Source: Octopus vulgaris (Eukaryota). Taken from it: DNA of 64,000 nucleotides. The stretch lies in contig OX597816.1 of NCBI GenBank assembly GCA_951406725.2, forward strand, positions 69,564,001 to 69,628,000. Reading direction: 5' to 3'. Shown here piece after piece: positions 25,440 to 38,633 of this stretch (positions are counted from its first letter, which is position 1; each line of letters begins with the position of its first letter). The notes under the pieces were generated by a model. It had not been told where the DNA came from. It worked only from the letters and a program-made list of their open reading frames with translations, and ran no database searches. The translations under genes and the position numbers were made by a program.

Positions 25440-28275
25440 AGAGAGAGACTATAGATAGATGGAGAGTGAGAGAGATAGAGACTTCCTAATTATTCATCAA
25501 TTTTCATCTTATATAGGAAAGGTCATGCAAAATCGCTGCAAGCAATTCTGATCCAGAATATCTTCAACGTTTTGCATATTGTTTCAACTTTATTTATATT
25601 TTTTAACGAAAGTTCTTCTCAAGCAGTTTCAACAGACACGACATACAGACTTTTCACTTGTGGTTTATATAAGAGAAGAGAAGAGAAAAAAAAAACGTAA
25701 TCTGAAAAAGTACGTTTTATCTACGTCACTATCCTCACCGTCTACAGTCCCAGTACTAGGAATACTATTAAGATATATTGGTATTCTGTGCATTTCTTTC
25801 TTTCTCCCCTCTTTTTCTCATCTTCTCAACCTCTGTCTCTTCCCTCTTGCTCTCCTCCCTCTCTCTCTCTCTCTTATCTTTTGTCTTGTTTTCCTCTTTA
25901 TTTACTGTTATAGGTTATGCCTTTATTTCGTGTCTAAATTCTCCACTTAGCTTACTTCTTTACGAGTTGGTCGGCCACCCGCCATGCCATACGGTTACGG
26001 TGGATGAAGAGGTATCGGAGGGACTGAGTGAGACACAACTCGGAGGGTTGCCCAGAACGATGCGAACAAACACCGATGAATGGTAACTGCAGCGACTCGC
26101 TGCAACAGTACTTGCCCCCACCCCATGCCTTTCTGACCTGATCTATCAGGAAATACCAGGATGCTACTATCACGTGTTGGAATCGGGTTACCAGGCAGGG
26201 TTATCATGACAAAAGCATCACATGTGATGGTAGTGATGGATGACGTGGTGCTGTTATAACATGGCAGGACAAAGTGGTGGAGCCGTGGCTGAGGATGTGG
26301 AGCGTAAATGAGAGTGAAATCATATTGAAGAGAACAAATAAACTAGTATAAAGTGTGAAGAGTAGGGAATACATTTGAATAGGCAAATCGTACCCTTTCT
26401 TAGTACTCATTTATACAGATGTATTTTCTAATCAATTTTCGACACACCCCATACTGACTAGCTTAAATTCCATAGAAAAATTCCATGGAAATAATGTCCA
26501 AACGAATTTTTCTTAAGCAATATTGATCAATTTATTTGTTTCATACTGTTGCCTGCACACACGTAAAAATTTTTACAGGCGATAGCAACCAGACTCCACA
26601 ACAAAACAAGCTGATAGAGATAACACCAATATACAAAGTATAGAGGAGAATTTATAAGATTGTACAAGATGCAAATGTTTTAATGTGTAAAAATATTTCC
26701 TTTTAACTCGGCAGGAACTCAAATATACGCTTTTATCTTGTAGTCAGAAGGGAAGACTGTGCACATGACCTCTTGAAGGACTTCCAGCACTGTTAGTAAA
26801 GAGTGAAACAGGTAGACGTAAACTGGAAACTGAAGCATTGAAAAAGTGTAGACTCTGCTTAAGGCATTCTGCATTATGGTAGCGATTATGGTTTAGTAAA
26901 ACGACTGGCACTCATTGTCAGACACAAAACTTTCTCGATCACAAAAAGGCACACACTCACACACACACACAAACACACATTCACGCACATGCACGCACAC
27001 ATTTTACTTCACGCTCTTACATGTACAGAGATAAAAGTAACGTAAGAAATCTCTGTGGAGTTACAATTCTATTGCACCCATGACTTTAAACGATAAACTC
27101 TAGGCATGCAGTAATTAGATGAAAAACAAACGCATGGCAACATTAAGTATCTGCTCAAATATTTCAAACGAGAGAAATAAGAATTTGAACCTTCTAGTGC
27201 GAGAACAACTCGGTGCACAATTAGATGCTGTTGTTGCTGATTAGTGAAGTAAGATCTCATAATCTTCAATAGAGCGCAAAGAGCTGTACGTGTATTGTTC
27301 TTAGACACGAGTCCAAAAATCAATCCCACCATATTTTATTAAAAATCATTGCTGGTGACTATAACCGCTAGCTCTTCTTCACATATCGGTAAACAAGCTA
27401 CAGCAGATGGACAGACTTTGGCCCCAAAATTGTGCTCCCTGAGAGAAGAATTGTAACTGTTTGTTTTGAGCTGGAAGCTCAAACGGGAACACATGCAAAA
27501 ATGATGGTCATTTAAGTGGGGGGTTTTTTTGTATTAAATTAACTAAGTCGAGAAGAAAAATTAAAAGGTCACCTCGAATCAGAGAGACTTAAGAAGTCAG
27601 TTTTATTGGGTGCAGCTCAAAGCCGCGAATTTGAAATAACTCGTTCTCGCTTCCAGAAACCTCATGCTTTGTGATAATGAAGAAGGATGGGGGGGGGGGA
27701 AGCAAATAGAGACAGTGGTTTAGTAGAAAGAAAATAAGGTCAAGAACAGAAAATAAATGAACTGATTACGGTAACGCAAATAGAAAGAGTGAGGTGGAGC
27801 ACAACACTTTCCTCACTGAGATGAAATTCAAAATTCTTTCCGCAAGAAACGATGAATTCCTAGAAAACCTAACATGATTAGGTAACTATTTGGATCACTT
27901 TAGCAAGGAGGGGAGCTCCGATAATTTAGGGGTTGCTTAAGACAGGATATATGCAAAAAAGCTTTTCGCAAACCTATAGACAACATTGTGTAAACTGCAG
28001 CCAGGACGTGGCGCTTTTCTTCGTTTCTCGGATCGAAAACTTGCTCAAAAGCATTTTTGCAATAATCAACTACATGCATTTTGTGGTATTACATATATAG
28101 GTTATCAGAGGAAAAACAGTTGGATCTTGAGAAGCCTTCAACTGATTCAGGTCGCATTTACATTTATGTATACAAATTTACCGTATAGGCATTTTTATGT
28201 TCTATATTTTAAATTGGTTTCATTATTGTATACACGCACACACACGCACGCACATGAGCACACACGCACGCACAT

Positions 28276-28318
<43 letters not shown>

Positions 28319-28494
28319 CGAGGGCGCGCATATACATTTTCCCAAACCGCTTAATACATTCACTGCTTAATTCTTTCCGAAGTTTCTGAATTACTTGGGA
28401 TTCTCAATCCATTCATATTTCTATAAGCACCAAAATTTAATGTTTGTAATATTTTTCTATATATATCATTAACTTTGTGGCTAACAAAGTTATG

Positions 28495-28540
28495 GCTATA
28501 TTATTATTATTATTATTAATATTATTATTATTATTATTAC

Positions 28541-28573
<33 letters not shown>

Positions 28574-28577
28574 CAGT

Positions 28578-28651
<74 letters not shown>

Positions 28652-28652
28652 A
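28495..28652. repeat. (TAT)n(TAG)n(CAG)n(TAG)n compound microsatellite
   Basis: Read directly from the sequence. Confidence 0.95.
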
Positions 28653-29449
28653 TTTTTTCGTATTATTCAAAGCGTATTGCATTTAATACAATTGCCATTA
28701 TCATATATTATATCTTACAATATGAACCGCGTGAAACACTGAGCGCTGGGTAGTAAACTCCCTACTGACTATGTTTCTGTTTATATTGACTGCTAATTTC
28801 CTTAGAGAATGTAACAGTATCCTTAGAAAATACATCAGTAACAATACTTTCCTATATTCTTCGAACGTAGAGAGCAATTTGGGGATCGACGAATTAAACT
28901 ATACTTTCTGGATCGACAAAAGAAACCATATTGAAAACAAAAATAGCAGATTCTGAACAAAAGCTGTTCCATTGAAAGCGTACTATATACAGTATGCAAG
29001 AAACAAACATTCAATATAGATTTTAACATTATTTTTGTCGAACGAATGCATGAAATAAATTCTTGGAAATCCTAATGTATTATTTGTACAAAATACACTG
29101 GAATATGTTGAATGTACATTAAGCAAATAACCAGTAGGGAAACAAGAAGAAAATAGCGTATGAAATCATGCTACAGGAAATATATTCGGGAAAGACGTCA
29201 TGTCGATTAAAGAAAAAAGCTGTAGGATTATACCTTTCTATCCAATTTAATTTTTTAAGACTTATCTGAACACAATATGAAATATACTTCATACACGAAC
29301 ATTCGCACACACATAGATGCATAGAAACGTTTAGGCATTTATTTGTATTTTCATGCTTAAATACAATTATCTCAATAGAGTTACTGTATAGAGTCTTATT
29401 TAATCGCGCGCTTGTAAACTAGGTTACTTCCCCAATATTGAGTATGATG

Positions 29450-29486
<37 letters not shown>

Positions 29487-29516
29487 TATATATATATTCC
29501 ATTATATACATATTTA

Positions 29517-29565
<49 letters not shown>

Positions 29566-29582
29566 CATTATATACATATTTA

Positions 29583-29627
<45 letters not shown>

Positions 29628-30149
29628 TTAGATATACCTGAATGTTTGTATGTACATATGTATGTATACATGTATGTATGTATGTGCTTTTGCACGCGTT
29701 TGTATCTACGTGTGCATCTGTAGGTTTCTTTTACGAAACACCTCGTACATGTAAATAACAACGTATATTGCCTTAAATTCTCTCGGAAGGAAAACGAGAA
29801 AACAGCCAGTCTAGTATTTCGAATCGCGCATGTACTGTATGTCAGACATTCGAAAATCCAGGGCGAGAATTTTAACCACTAGAATGATTATAATGACGAA
29901 GGGAATCGACTGTTTTCTTTTCAATGATATGATATACCGGATATTGAAACAAATGCAGTCAGATTACTGAAGCTGGAGCACATTATATATGAAGCATCTA
30001 ATTCTGGTTAGGTTTTACAATATGGTAGTACGGATCCTGCATACTAGCAACTCTAGATTCAAGTGGCTATTGTAAAAGCAAGTCGAACGCATGCTTAGAC
30101 GTTTTGGCTGAGTTTCACGACATTCCAACGCACCTTTAAAGTAAGTATT

Positions 30150-30395
<246 letters not shown>

Positions 30396-30853
30396 CCATC
30401 AAAGAAATTGCAAATCAAAAACGAGGGACACACAAGCGTAAAATCTTCTGGTTTAATCATCCTTAGAAGTTAGATGTTGAATTTAATTTATGTGAGATTC
30501 CTTTAAGCTTAGAGGAAATGCTTTTATCAATTATTAACAGCTTAACACGATGTCAGTGAAGGCTTCCTCAAGCAGTTCTGACAACTTCAAAAATTCAATT
30601 GATGACATCAGCAAGAAGACATTTAACTAGCTCCTTATTTGCAACCAATTGTACTTTACGTGTGCTCTAAAAGTATATGATCTCAACACAACTGAGTAAA
30701 GTCTCAACTATACTAGCGTTAAAAGTTTTGCCACATCAGAAAATCGTTGTGATAAGGTCTCAGCCTAAAACTGGCGATATCGATAGTGCTAAATTTCATT
30801 CCATTGATATATATATATATATATATATGTAGATGCATGTGCGTGTAGATATG

Positions 30854-30924
<71 letters not shown>

Positions 30925-31063
30925 CTCATTGAAACTAGAGCAGTAAAGTTTATTCTCACAGAGCAGCAACATTTCAATGGGGAATAAATATCAATTCTTG
31001 TTATTAATGCTGAATCTGGTATTAATGAAAATCCTTTATGTATATATATATATATATATATAT

Positions 31064-31137
<74 letters not shown>

Positions 31138-31334
31138 TGTGAGTGTGAATGTATATGCATGTGAGAGTGCATATGTGTGTGTCTGTGTGTGTCTGTATGT
31201 GTGACTGTGTGTGCGAGTGTGTATATATACACATTACTAGATATATGTATATATATATATATGTGTGTGTGTGTGCAGTTAGATAGATAAATAGATAGAT
31301 AGACAGATAGAAAGATAGGTAGATATACTTGGGG

Positions 31335-31476
31335 GGTATAGTTTCCGTCAAATAAGTTCACTCACAAGGACTTAAGCTGTAGTCTAAGACACTTGCACAA
31401 GTTTGCCAAGCAGTGGAACTGAACCCGGAACTATGTGGTTGGGAAACAAATTTCTCACCTCACAGTCACGCTTACG

Positions 31477-31480
<4 letters not shown>
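31335..31480 (-). mobile_element. SINE family B head fragment
   Basis: CAGTGGAACTGAACCCGGAACTATGTGGTTGGGA matches the head of the 11692-12180 copy. Confidence 0.75.
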
Positions 31481-31521
<41 letters not shown>

Positions 31522-31826
31522 TATGTTATTTATATATATATATATAATGCATTTGTTACTTTCATCAATCCTAAATTTTATTTAAGACCTAATGGGACTA
31601 AGTGTCTTTGAAAACAATGTTTGTCATTAAATGCTCGAAATGAGTAGATAGACAGCCGACAACTGATGAAAGGTCCTTTATTTGTGTTAACGAGTCCTGT
31701 ATTCCTTTTTTGTCTCTTTGTTTAGGGATTTCATGTCATTTGCGTCGTTGGTGACGTCCTGTATTTATATAGGCATGTAAATATACATACATACATACAT
31801 ACATACATACATACATACATAATACA

Positions 31827-31873
<47 letters not shown>

Positions 31874-32918
31874 TATAAATTATTTTTTATTTACTTGAAC
31901 GCGACGCATCGATTTCTAATTAATTGTTATATATAAATATATATATATATATATATAATCCTGGTACATTATATGCCTGTTTGCTTGAAAGGAAACTTAT
32001 ACAAAATGTTAACTCTTCTTGCAAGCAAATAGGTGCGTATTTTACACTCACTTTTGATATATATTTTGCTTGTTTGGATTATGTTTGGTGTTCGCTTTAT
32101 TATAATTTTTTAAAACAGTAATGATAACCTATTTGAATTTTCTATGTGTATGAATGTATGTGTGTGTGTGTGTGTGCTTGTGTGTGCATGCATGTGCTTG
32201 TGGCTCTGTATTTACTTCAGGATATCCTTGATATTTATTGTGTTGCAGAATTTAGGTTTTTGTGTTTAATTTTGCAGCGAGCTTCTTGAATTGTGTTCAA
32301 TACCAAAATCACTGAACGGAATTCTACATGTTCTTTTTTTTTATCTTGTTTTGATTGTTTTCTTTTTTCACGCTGTGTTAAAGTGGCACTACAAATCTTT
32401 ACTGCACCATACAAACAACATTTGCTCCGGGAAGTTGAGAAGCAAAACAAAAGGAACTTTTAATTTGTTTTGTCATTGTTATGTGTTGGGTAACTGTACA
32501 AATTTATTGAATATATATATATATATATATATGCACATATATATTCGTCGCTTTTCGACGACGTAGACAACAACCGATGCGTGTATAATGTTATAATCAA
32601 TACTTGCTAAGCTGTTAGGTCCTGGCTCGTATAACATTCTATAAAGCCATCTACGTGTATACTTCTGGTTATATAGGTGGTGCGTAAACACGTTCATATA
32701 TATATGTATATATAGATGTGTGTGTATATGTGAGTGGTGTTTTTAAATAAATATATATGTATGTATATGTATATATATGTATGTATGTATATATATATAT
32801 ATATATAAATATATATATATATAGACATATATATACGTTTGTATGTATATGTATATATTGATATATATATATATATATATATAGACATATATATACGTTT
32901 GTATGTTTATGTATATAT

Positions 32919-32954
<36 letters not shown>

Positions 32955-33082
32955 TTATGCATATATGTATGCATATATGTGTGTGCGTCTCTAATGTGTT
33001 CTCATAAGTGAACGTATATGTATAATGAATATTTATGTACACACACATATATATTTACATTTAAACAAATATATATGTATGC

Positions 33083-33114
<32 letters not shown>

Positions 33115-33181
33115 ACATACACACATACATACATAAGTATTATACATATATGTATGTATATATGTATGCATTTATATGTAA

Positions 33182-33227
<46 letters not shown>

Positions 33228-35442
33228 GATAAAAAAGTATACAATATATAATCTATGTTAATCACGAAACTTTCGTCTGATAAAGGAAGACAGCTTCGTC
33301 TATACATTCCGTTCATGAACTTTTCTCTTAAATCTTAACGAAAGACATTTGAAGCGCACACAGTATGTTGATATGGTGGGAAACCCTAGCAACTTTTCTT
33401 CGTTTCGTTTTCTATAAAACAGAGGCTATATATCATTATCAGACCTATAATTAATGCCATACTTTATTCTACTTCGAATTAAATACTGAAAATAAAAATT
33501 TTGATGCGTAAAAGAAAAGAAAAAAATAATAACACATATACAACTTTGTATAATTCACTTGATTTAGGTTCTAAAAGTAAACGTTAATTTTCGAATCGTA
33601 CGGGAAGATAATTCTGTAAAATATAATTTAATACTTTTATTTATATTTTATTCTATATGTTTTATATTTATTTTAGTATTGAATATTACTGATTTATGTC
33701 CTTGGAACTAAGGTCTAATAATTTAATGTATATAATGCATTTCCAGGCCTCGCCTTGCTACACGTGTGTGGGGTTGCTATATATCGCCGTTTTAATTGTA
33801 GGAGATAAAATTAAAATTTAGCAGGAGAGCACGATTAGTTTTTCTGAAAAATAGAGATTTTTTTCTGTTTTTGAATTGAAACCCAATTAAAGAAATAATG
33901 GTAGTCTTCGCTAACGAATTATTCGTCTGACAAACACGGTTCTCGCTGCTTACGATGCGGAAACAACAAGCCCTAAATCTAGTTAAAACTGATTTAAATG
34001 AACAACGCTTTCTTCTTTATTCTTCTTTATTCTTTATTCAACGCTTTCTTCTTTATTCTTTATTCAAGTGTACTTTTTTGTGTTTATAATATATATGACA
34101 ATAGAGTCGCCGGGTATAGGTTTCATTTCGAATGGGTCGAGCATTGGTTCATCTCATTACAAATACACATACACTAATCTAAATAGAGGTTTTTAGGCAC
34201 ATACACTTCCTTACAGCATATCCACAGATGCATATTTGCACATTTGGTTAATACATGTATACATGGTTTCGGGTTCAGGATCCTGCAGAGCAATTTGGGA
34301 AAGTCTCATTAAGTACATATGTATATGTATATGTTTTTTGTTGTTCTTGAACCATGATAGCCGGCTTACGTCTCCCTTTATTAACGTTTCGGCAAAAGTA
34401 TCCGGTAGAAAAATTACTAGACTTCTTAATAAGCAGTTGAGTAAAGTTTTTCACCTAAACCCTTCAAGAAAAAAAAAAATATATATATATATAATACATG
34501 TAATATATATATATATTAATTGTAGCGTCTATAGTTATTTAATTGAGTAGTCTCCCTTTGTCCATTTTTTTTTTTTGATTTCAATAGAATTTGGATTAAT
34601 CATTTTACTATCATTTTTACTTTCATTTAGTCTTCATCTTTATTTAACTTAGTAATGTTATTGTCCCGTGCTTTCGAATTTTGTTTGGTGATGTGGACGT
34701 CTATAATTTGAACTAAACTTTTAGAGTTGAAGAACGCGATTCTTCGTTTATTAAAGAAATTATGGTATTTATTCGTTACCGGGAAAAAAGTTATCTAATG
34801 CGTCGTAGAATATTCTTGGCATTTTTGAATATTCTTGGTATTTTTGGTATTAGAATAATCTTGGTATTTTTGTTCTATAACTTTAGCACAATTCTTAAAC
34901 TTATAGTTTGGATTGTAATAGTCGGGGTGAACGTTTTAGCCTTGTTTCCTACAATATTAGAGAAGGAGGGGGCCTTCCTCCAAGCCACAAAAATGGACGA
35001 CTCAGTGTGGAAGGCACAGACGGTCGACCTGATTATATAAGCCTCTCCCTAGAGACACCGAACCCACCCATTCCCCTTCTAGACAAGCTAAAAAGAAGAA
35101 TAGCTGTCACATCAAAGCACAAAAATCCCCTTCCCAAAAAAGTAAACTACGCTTGCATAATGACGGAATAAGGAGTTAATCCAGAGGGTTACGAGTTGGA
35201 AGATAGCAAGATTTGTGTGTACAGATGGATGTAAGAACATAATAGGGGGGAATATGTGTATGCTGTTTTCAGAAGGACAGATGGAATAAGTGAAGAAACA
35301 GAAAAAAATGGTTTGAAATATTGGGAAATATATAGACAACAAATATATAAGATATACCGGATAATATACAATGTGAAGAACTACTGGTGAAATATGGTGT
35401 CGACGTGATAAAGGGACTCACAAGGAAGTAACTGTTGCTGCT

Positions 35443-35810
35443 GTTGAGCTGTTGAGCTGTTGAGCGTAGCGGTCTTCGTCCAGTGGGAGAAGTCCGAAAC
35501 GTGGTCCTTTGCTATTCGTAAGACCCGCAGAAGAGAAAGCAGGTCAACCCCCGACACCGAGAGCATCGACGGATGGATGAATGCGCATCCAGGCTCAGCA
35601 GTTGCGTAGGAAGTCGGGGACAAGTAGCAGGAAGAAAGAGTGAGAGAAAGTTGGAGCCAAAGAATAAAACAGGGGTCGCCACAACCCCCTGCCGTGGATC
35701 ATTAGGTGTTTTCGCTCAATAAACACACACAACGCCCGGTCTTGGAATCGAAATCGCGATCCTCCGACCGCGAGTCCGCTGCCCTAACCATTGGGCCATT
35801 GCGCCTCCAC
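35443..35810 (-). mobile_element. tRNA-derived SINE family C, full length with TSD
   Basis: Head GTGGAGGCGCAATGGCCCAATGGTTAGGGCAGCGGACTCGCGG...GATTTCGATTCC with A and B boxes; tail (CAACAGCT)n; 13-bp TSD AACTGTTGCTGCT (35430-35442) / AACTATTGCTGCT (35811-35823). Confidence 0.88.
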
Positions 35811-36555
35811 AACTATTGCTGCTCGACGTAGGGTGAGCAGCAGATTTCCATATTCTCATTTTCATTATATTTCTTTCATATTATCATATTTATAATTATA
35901 TTTAAATTTTATTTTTAATTTTGTGTTATATGTCCCCACATGTGCTTGCATTATCTCCTCTCCGTTAGCCCCCTGTGGACAATAAATAAACGTGATATAT
36001 ACGAGTTCGAGTTACCACCAAGTCACAAAAACAGACTGCTCAATGTGGAAGTGACAAACGGTCGACTTGATTATATAAGCTGCGGTGGAGACACTGAAAA
36101 ATTTGGCGGAGACAGTGTCAATTGGTGAATGGATTATGGAGGAGTTGCTTCGTTCCACACACACACAAACACACACACACACACAGTCATTGTCTTGTGG
36201 AGCTATCAGCGGTAGCATAATAGACAAGCCAAGGCTAAGACGTGAATACCAACATAACACGACAGTGGGGACATTTGTAAATCCGTTTCATAGGCATAAT
36301 GTTATATACGCAATATTCCAATATCCTATGTGTACAGTCCAAAAATCCAACAGAGTTTAATATGAGTCGTTCCTGTTGGACTTTTAGGTTTTACTCAAAG
36401 GATATAGGAATATTGCATATATGCCATTATGCCTATAAAACGGATTTACAACTTCAATATCCATTCATATCTTACATTTAGTTTCTTTCCTCTACCTCAC
36501 TCTCTATTTTGTATCACATTGAAACTAGCTATGACTTAAGTTTTCCTCTCACACC

Positions 36556-36607
36556 GTCTTCGATGAAGGGATATTATTAATTACTACCTAAGAAACAGCT
36601 GTAAGAC
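36556..36607 (+). ncRNA. Minimal type-I hammerhead-like motif (variant core)
   Basis: GUCU-UCGAUGA-AGG...CCU-AA-GAAA-CAGCUG-UA-AGAC: 4-bp stem I, palindromic stem III, core differs from CUGANGA at two positions. Confidence 0.6.
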
Positions 36608-36703
36608 CTTCTATCTATAAATGCTCTAATATCTATACAACCTTGGTTTTTTATCTTGTTACGCAAAAATTTCTTATATATATATTTTATAATAAGATAT
36701 ATA

Positions 36704-36770
36704 TTGAATGGCAGTGCCCCAGCATGACCAGAGCTCGTGAGCTGAAACTAGATAAAATGAAAAATGAAAA
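36704..36770 (+). mobile_element. Ultra-short LINE/SINE 3'-tail insertion
   Basis: TGAATGGCAGTGCCCCAGCATGACCAGAGCTCGTGAGCTGAAACTAGATAAAATGAAAAATGAAAA; second copy at 43104. Confidence 0.75.
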
Positions 36771-37024
36771 TATATATCAGAACTTGTTTGATTGTGTATA
36801 GAAGAATATATTCGTGAATGAAATTTCAACTTCTGATTTTCAGGTTTTATCATTTGCAAATTTTAGAGTTTTACATTATTGAAATAAACTAGTACTTTCA
36901 TGCGCTACGCAATCACCGTGTTTATGAAAGTAATAGTTCATTTCGATAGTGTAAAATTGTAACATTTACAAATAATTAAATGTGAAAATCAAACTACGTT
37001 GGGATGTCCTTGACTAATGAATAA

Positions 37025-37057
<33 letters not shown>

Positions 37058-37089
37058 TACATGTGTGTGTGGAGTATATACATATATTT

Positions 37090-37489
37090 CAAGGGGTTAA
37101 ACATAGAGGGGGCAAACAAGGACAGACAAACGGATAAAGTCGATTACATCGACCCCAGCGCGAAACTGGTACTTTATTTATCGATCCAGAAAGGTTGAAA
37201 GGCAAAGTCGACCTCAGCGGAATTTGAACTCTGAACGTAACGACAGACGAAATACCTATTTCTTTATTACCCACAAGGGGCTAAACACAGATGCAACAAA
37301 CAAGGACAGACATAGGTATTAAGTCGATTACATCGACCCCAGCGCGTAACTTGTACTTTAATTATCGACCCCGAAAGGTTGAAAGGCAAAGTCGACCTCA
37401 GCGGAATTTGAACTCAGAACGTAACGACAGACGAAATACCGCTAAGCATTTCGCCCGGTGCGCTAACGTTTCTGCCAGCTCGCCGCCTT
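37090..37489 (-). mobile_element. SINE family A, dimer with TSD
   Basis: Same internal junction (GACGAAATACCTATTTCTTT on +); 17-bp TSD TGTGTGTGGAGTATATA at 37064-37080 and 37492-37508. Confidence 0.9.
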
Positions 37490-38388
37490 CATGTGTGTGG
37501 AGTATATATAAGCTTAATGCAGTATTCCCGTAAGTTGGGATACTTCACTAATCAAACCTGATTACATCCTAGTGAAATATACTGCACTACGGCTGGTAAG
37601 AGCGATGTGATATCACTACAGACATATTTTGACATCTATAGAGTATATCATCATTCGGTTCGGTTACTAATTAGAAATAGTGTCTGGTTCAATCTATACA
37701 ACCTAATATTTGTGAGATTGCACATACTACACGCGTTTCAACTTAAGACTCTCTTCTATGTGGCTCGATAAACATTGATATCTAGTTATACATAGACGAC
37801 AGACAATTGTGCCTAACTGTTCTTAGGTCTCCTCTGGTATTTAATTGTTGCTACGTGAAATGTAGTTACCTTTTATAACAATTCAAAAATAGTCACAACG
37901 TCATATTGTACTCTTCTAAATGAACGTTTTAACGAGACTGCTACTTAAGGACATAGTTCTCTCTCACTCTTACTGTCTTTCTTTCTTTCTCCCTTTCTCT
38001 TCTCTCACTCTCTGCCTCTCATTCTCTCTCTCCATCTCTCGTCGTCTCTCTCCATCTCTTTCTCCCTCCGTTTCTATCTATCTATTATCTATCTCCTTTT
38101 ACACACACACACAAACACACATATATATATGTGTATATATATATATAGCTATATGTCGCATGTTCGGATCGTCGGTGACTAGAATAGGATTGTATAGAAG
38201 GCAGGTTGCTAGACTCCCAGTAAGACTAAAGCAAGAGCTGTGAAAAGGACTGATGAACATAGTTTAGGTTCACCGACTATCCAGCGATAATAACATCAAT
38301 AACACACACGCGCGCGCGTAAATATATAGAGATAGATAAATAGATAGATAGATATATAGATAGACAGATAGATATACATATATACATA

Positions 38389-38476
<88 letters not shown>

Positions 38477-38490
38477 AATACATACATATT

Positions 38491-38633
38491 GGAGGCGGCG
38501 AGCTGGCAGAAACGTTAGCGCGCCGGGCGAAATGCTTAGCAGTATTTCGTCTGCCACCACGTTGTGAGTTAAAATTCCGCCGATGTCGACTTTGCCTCTC
38601 ATCCTTTCGGGGTCGATTAAATAAGTACCAGTT
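38491..38633 (+). mobile_element. SINE family A, 3'-truncated
   Basis: GGCGGCGAGCTGGCAGAAACGTTAGC...AAGTACCAGTT. Confidence 0.88.

Noticed and set aside
31620-31780. CGAAA...CTGATGA possible permuted hammerhead
   Set aside because: I could not build convincing stems; probably a decayed repeat.
35735-35810. tRNA gene calls here and at 22760-22828
   Set aside because: These are SINE heads: no complete acceptor stem, followed by SINE body or tail, and the 35443-35810 copy has a TSD.
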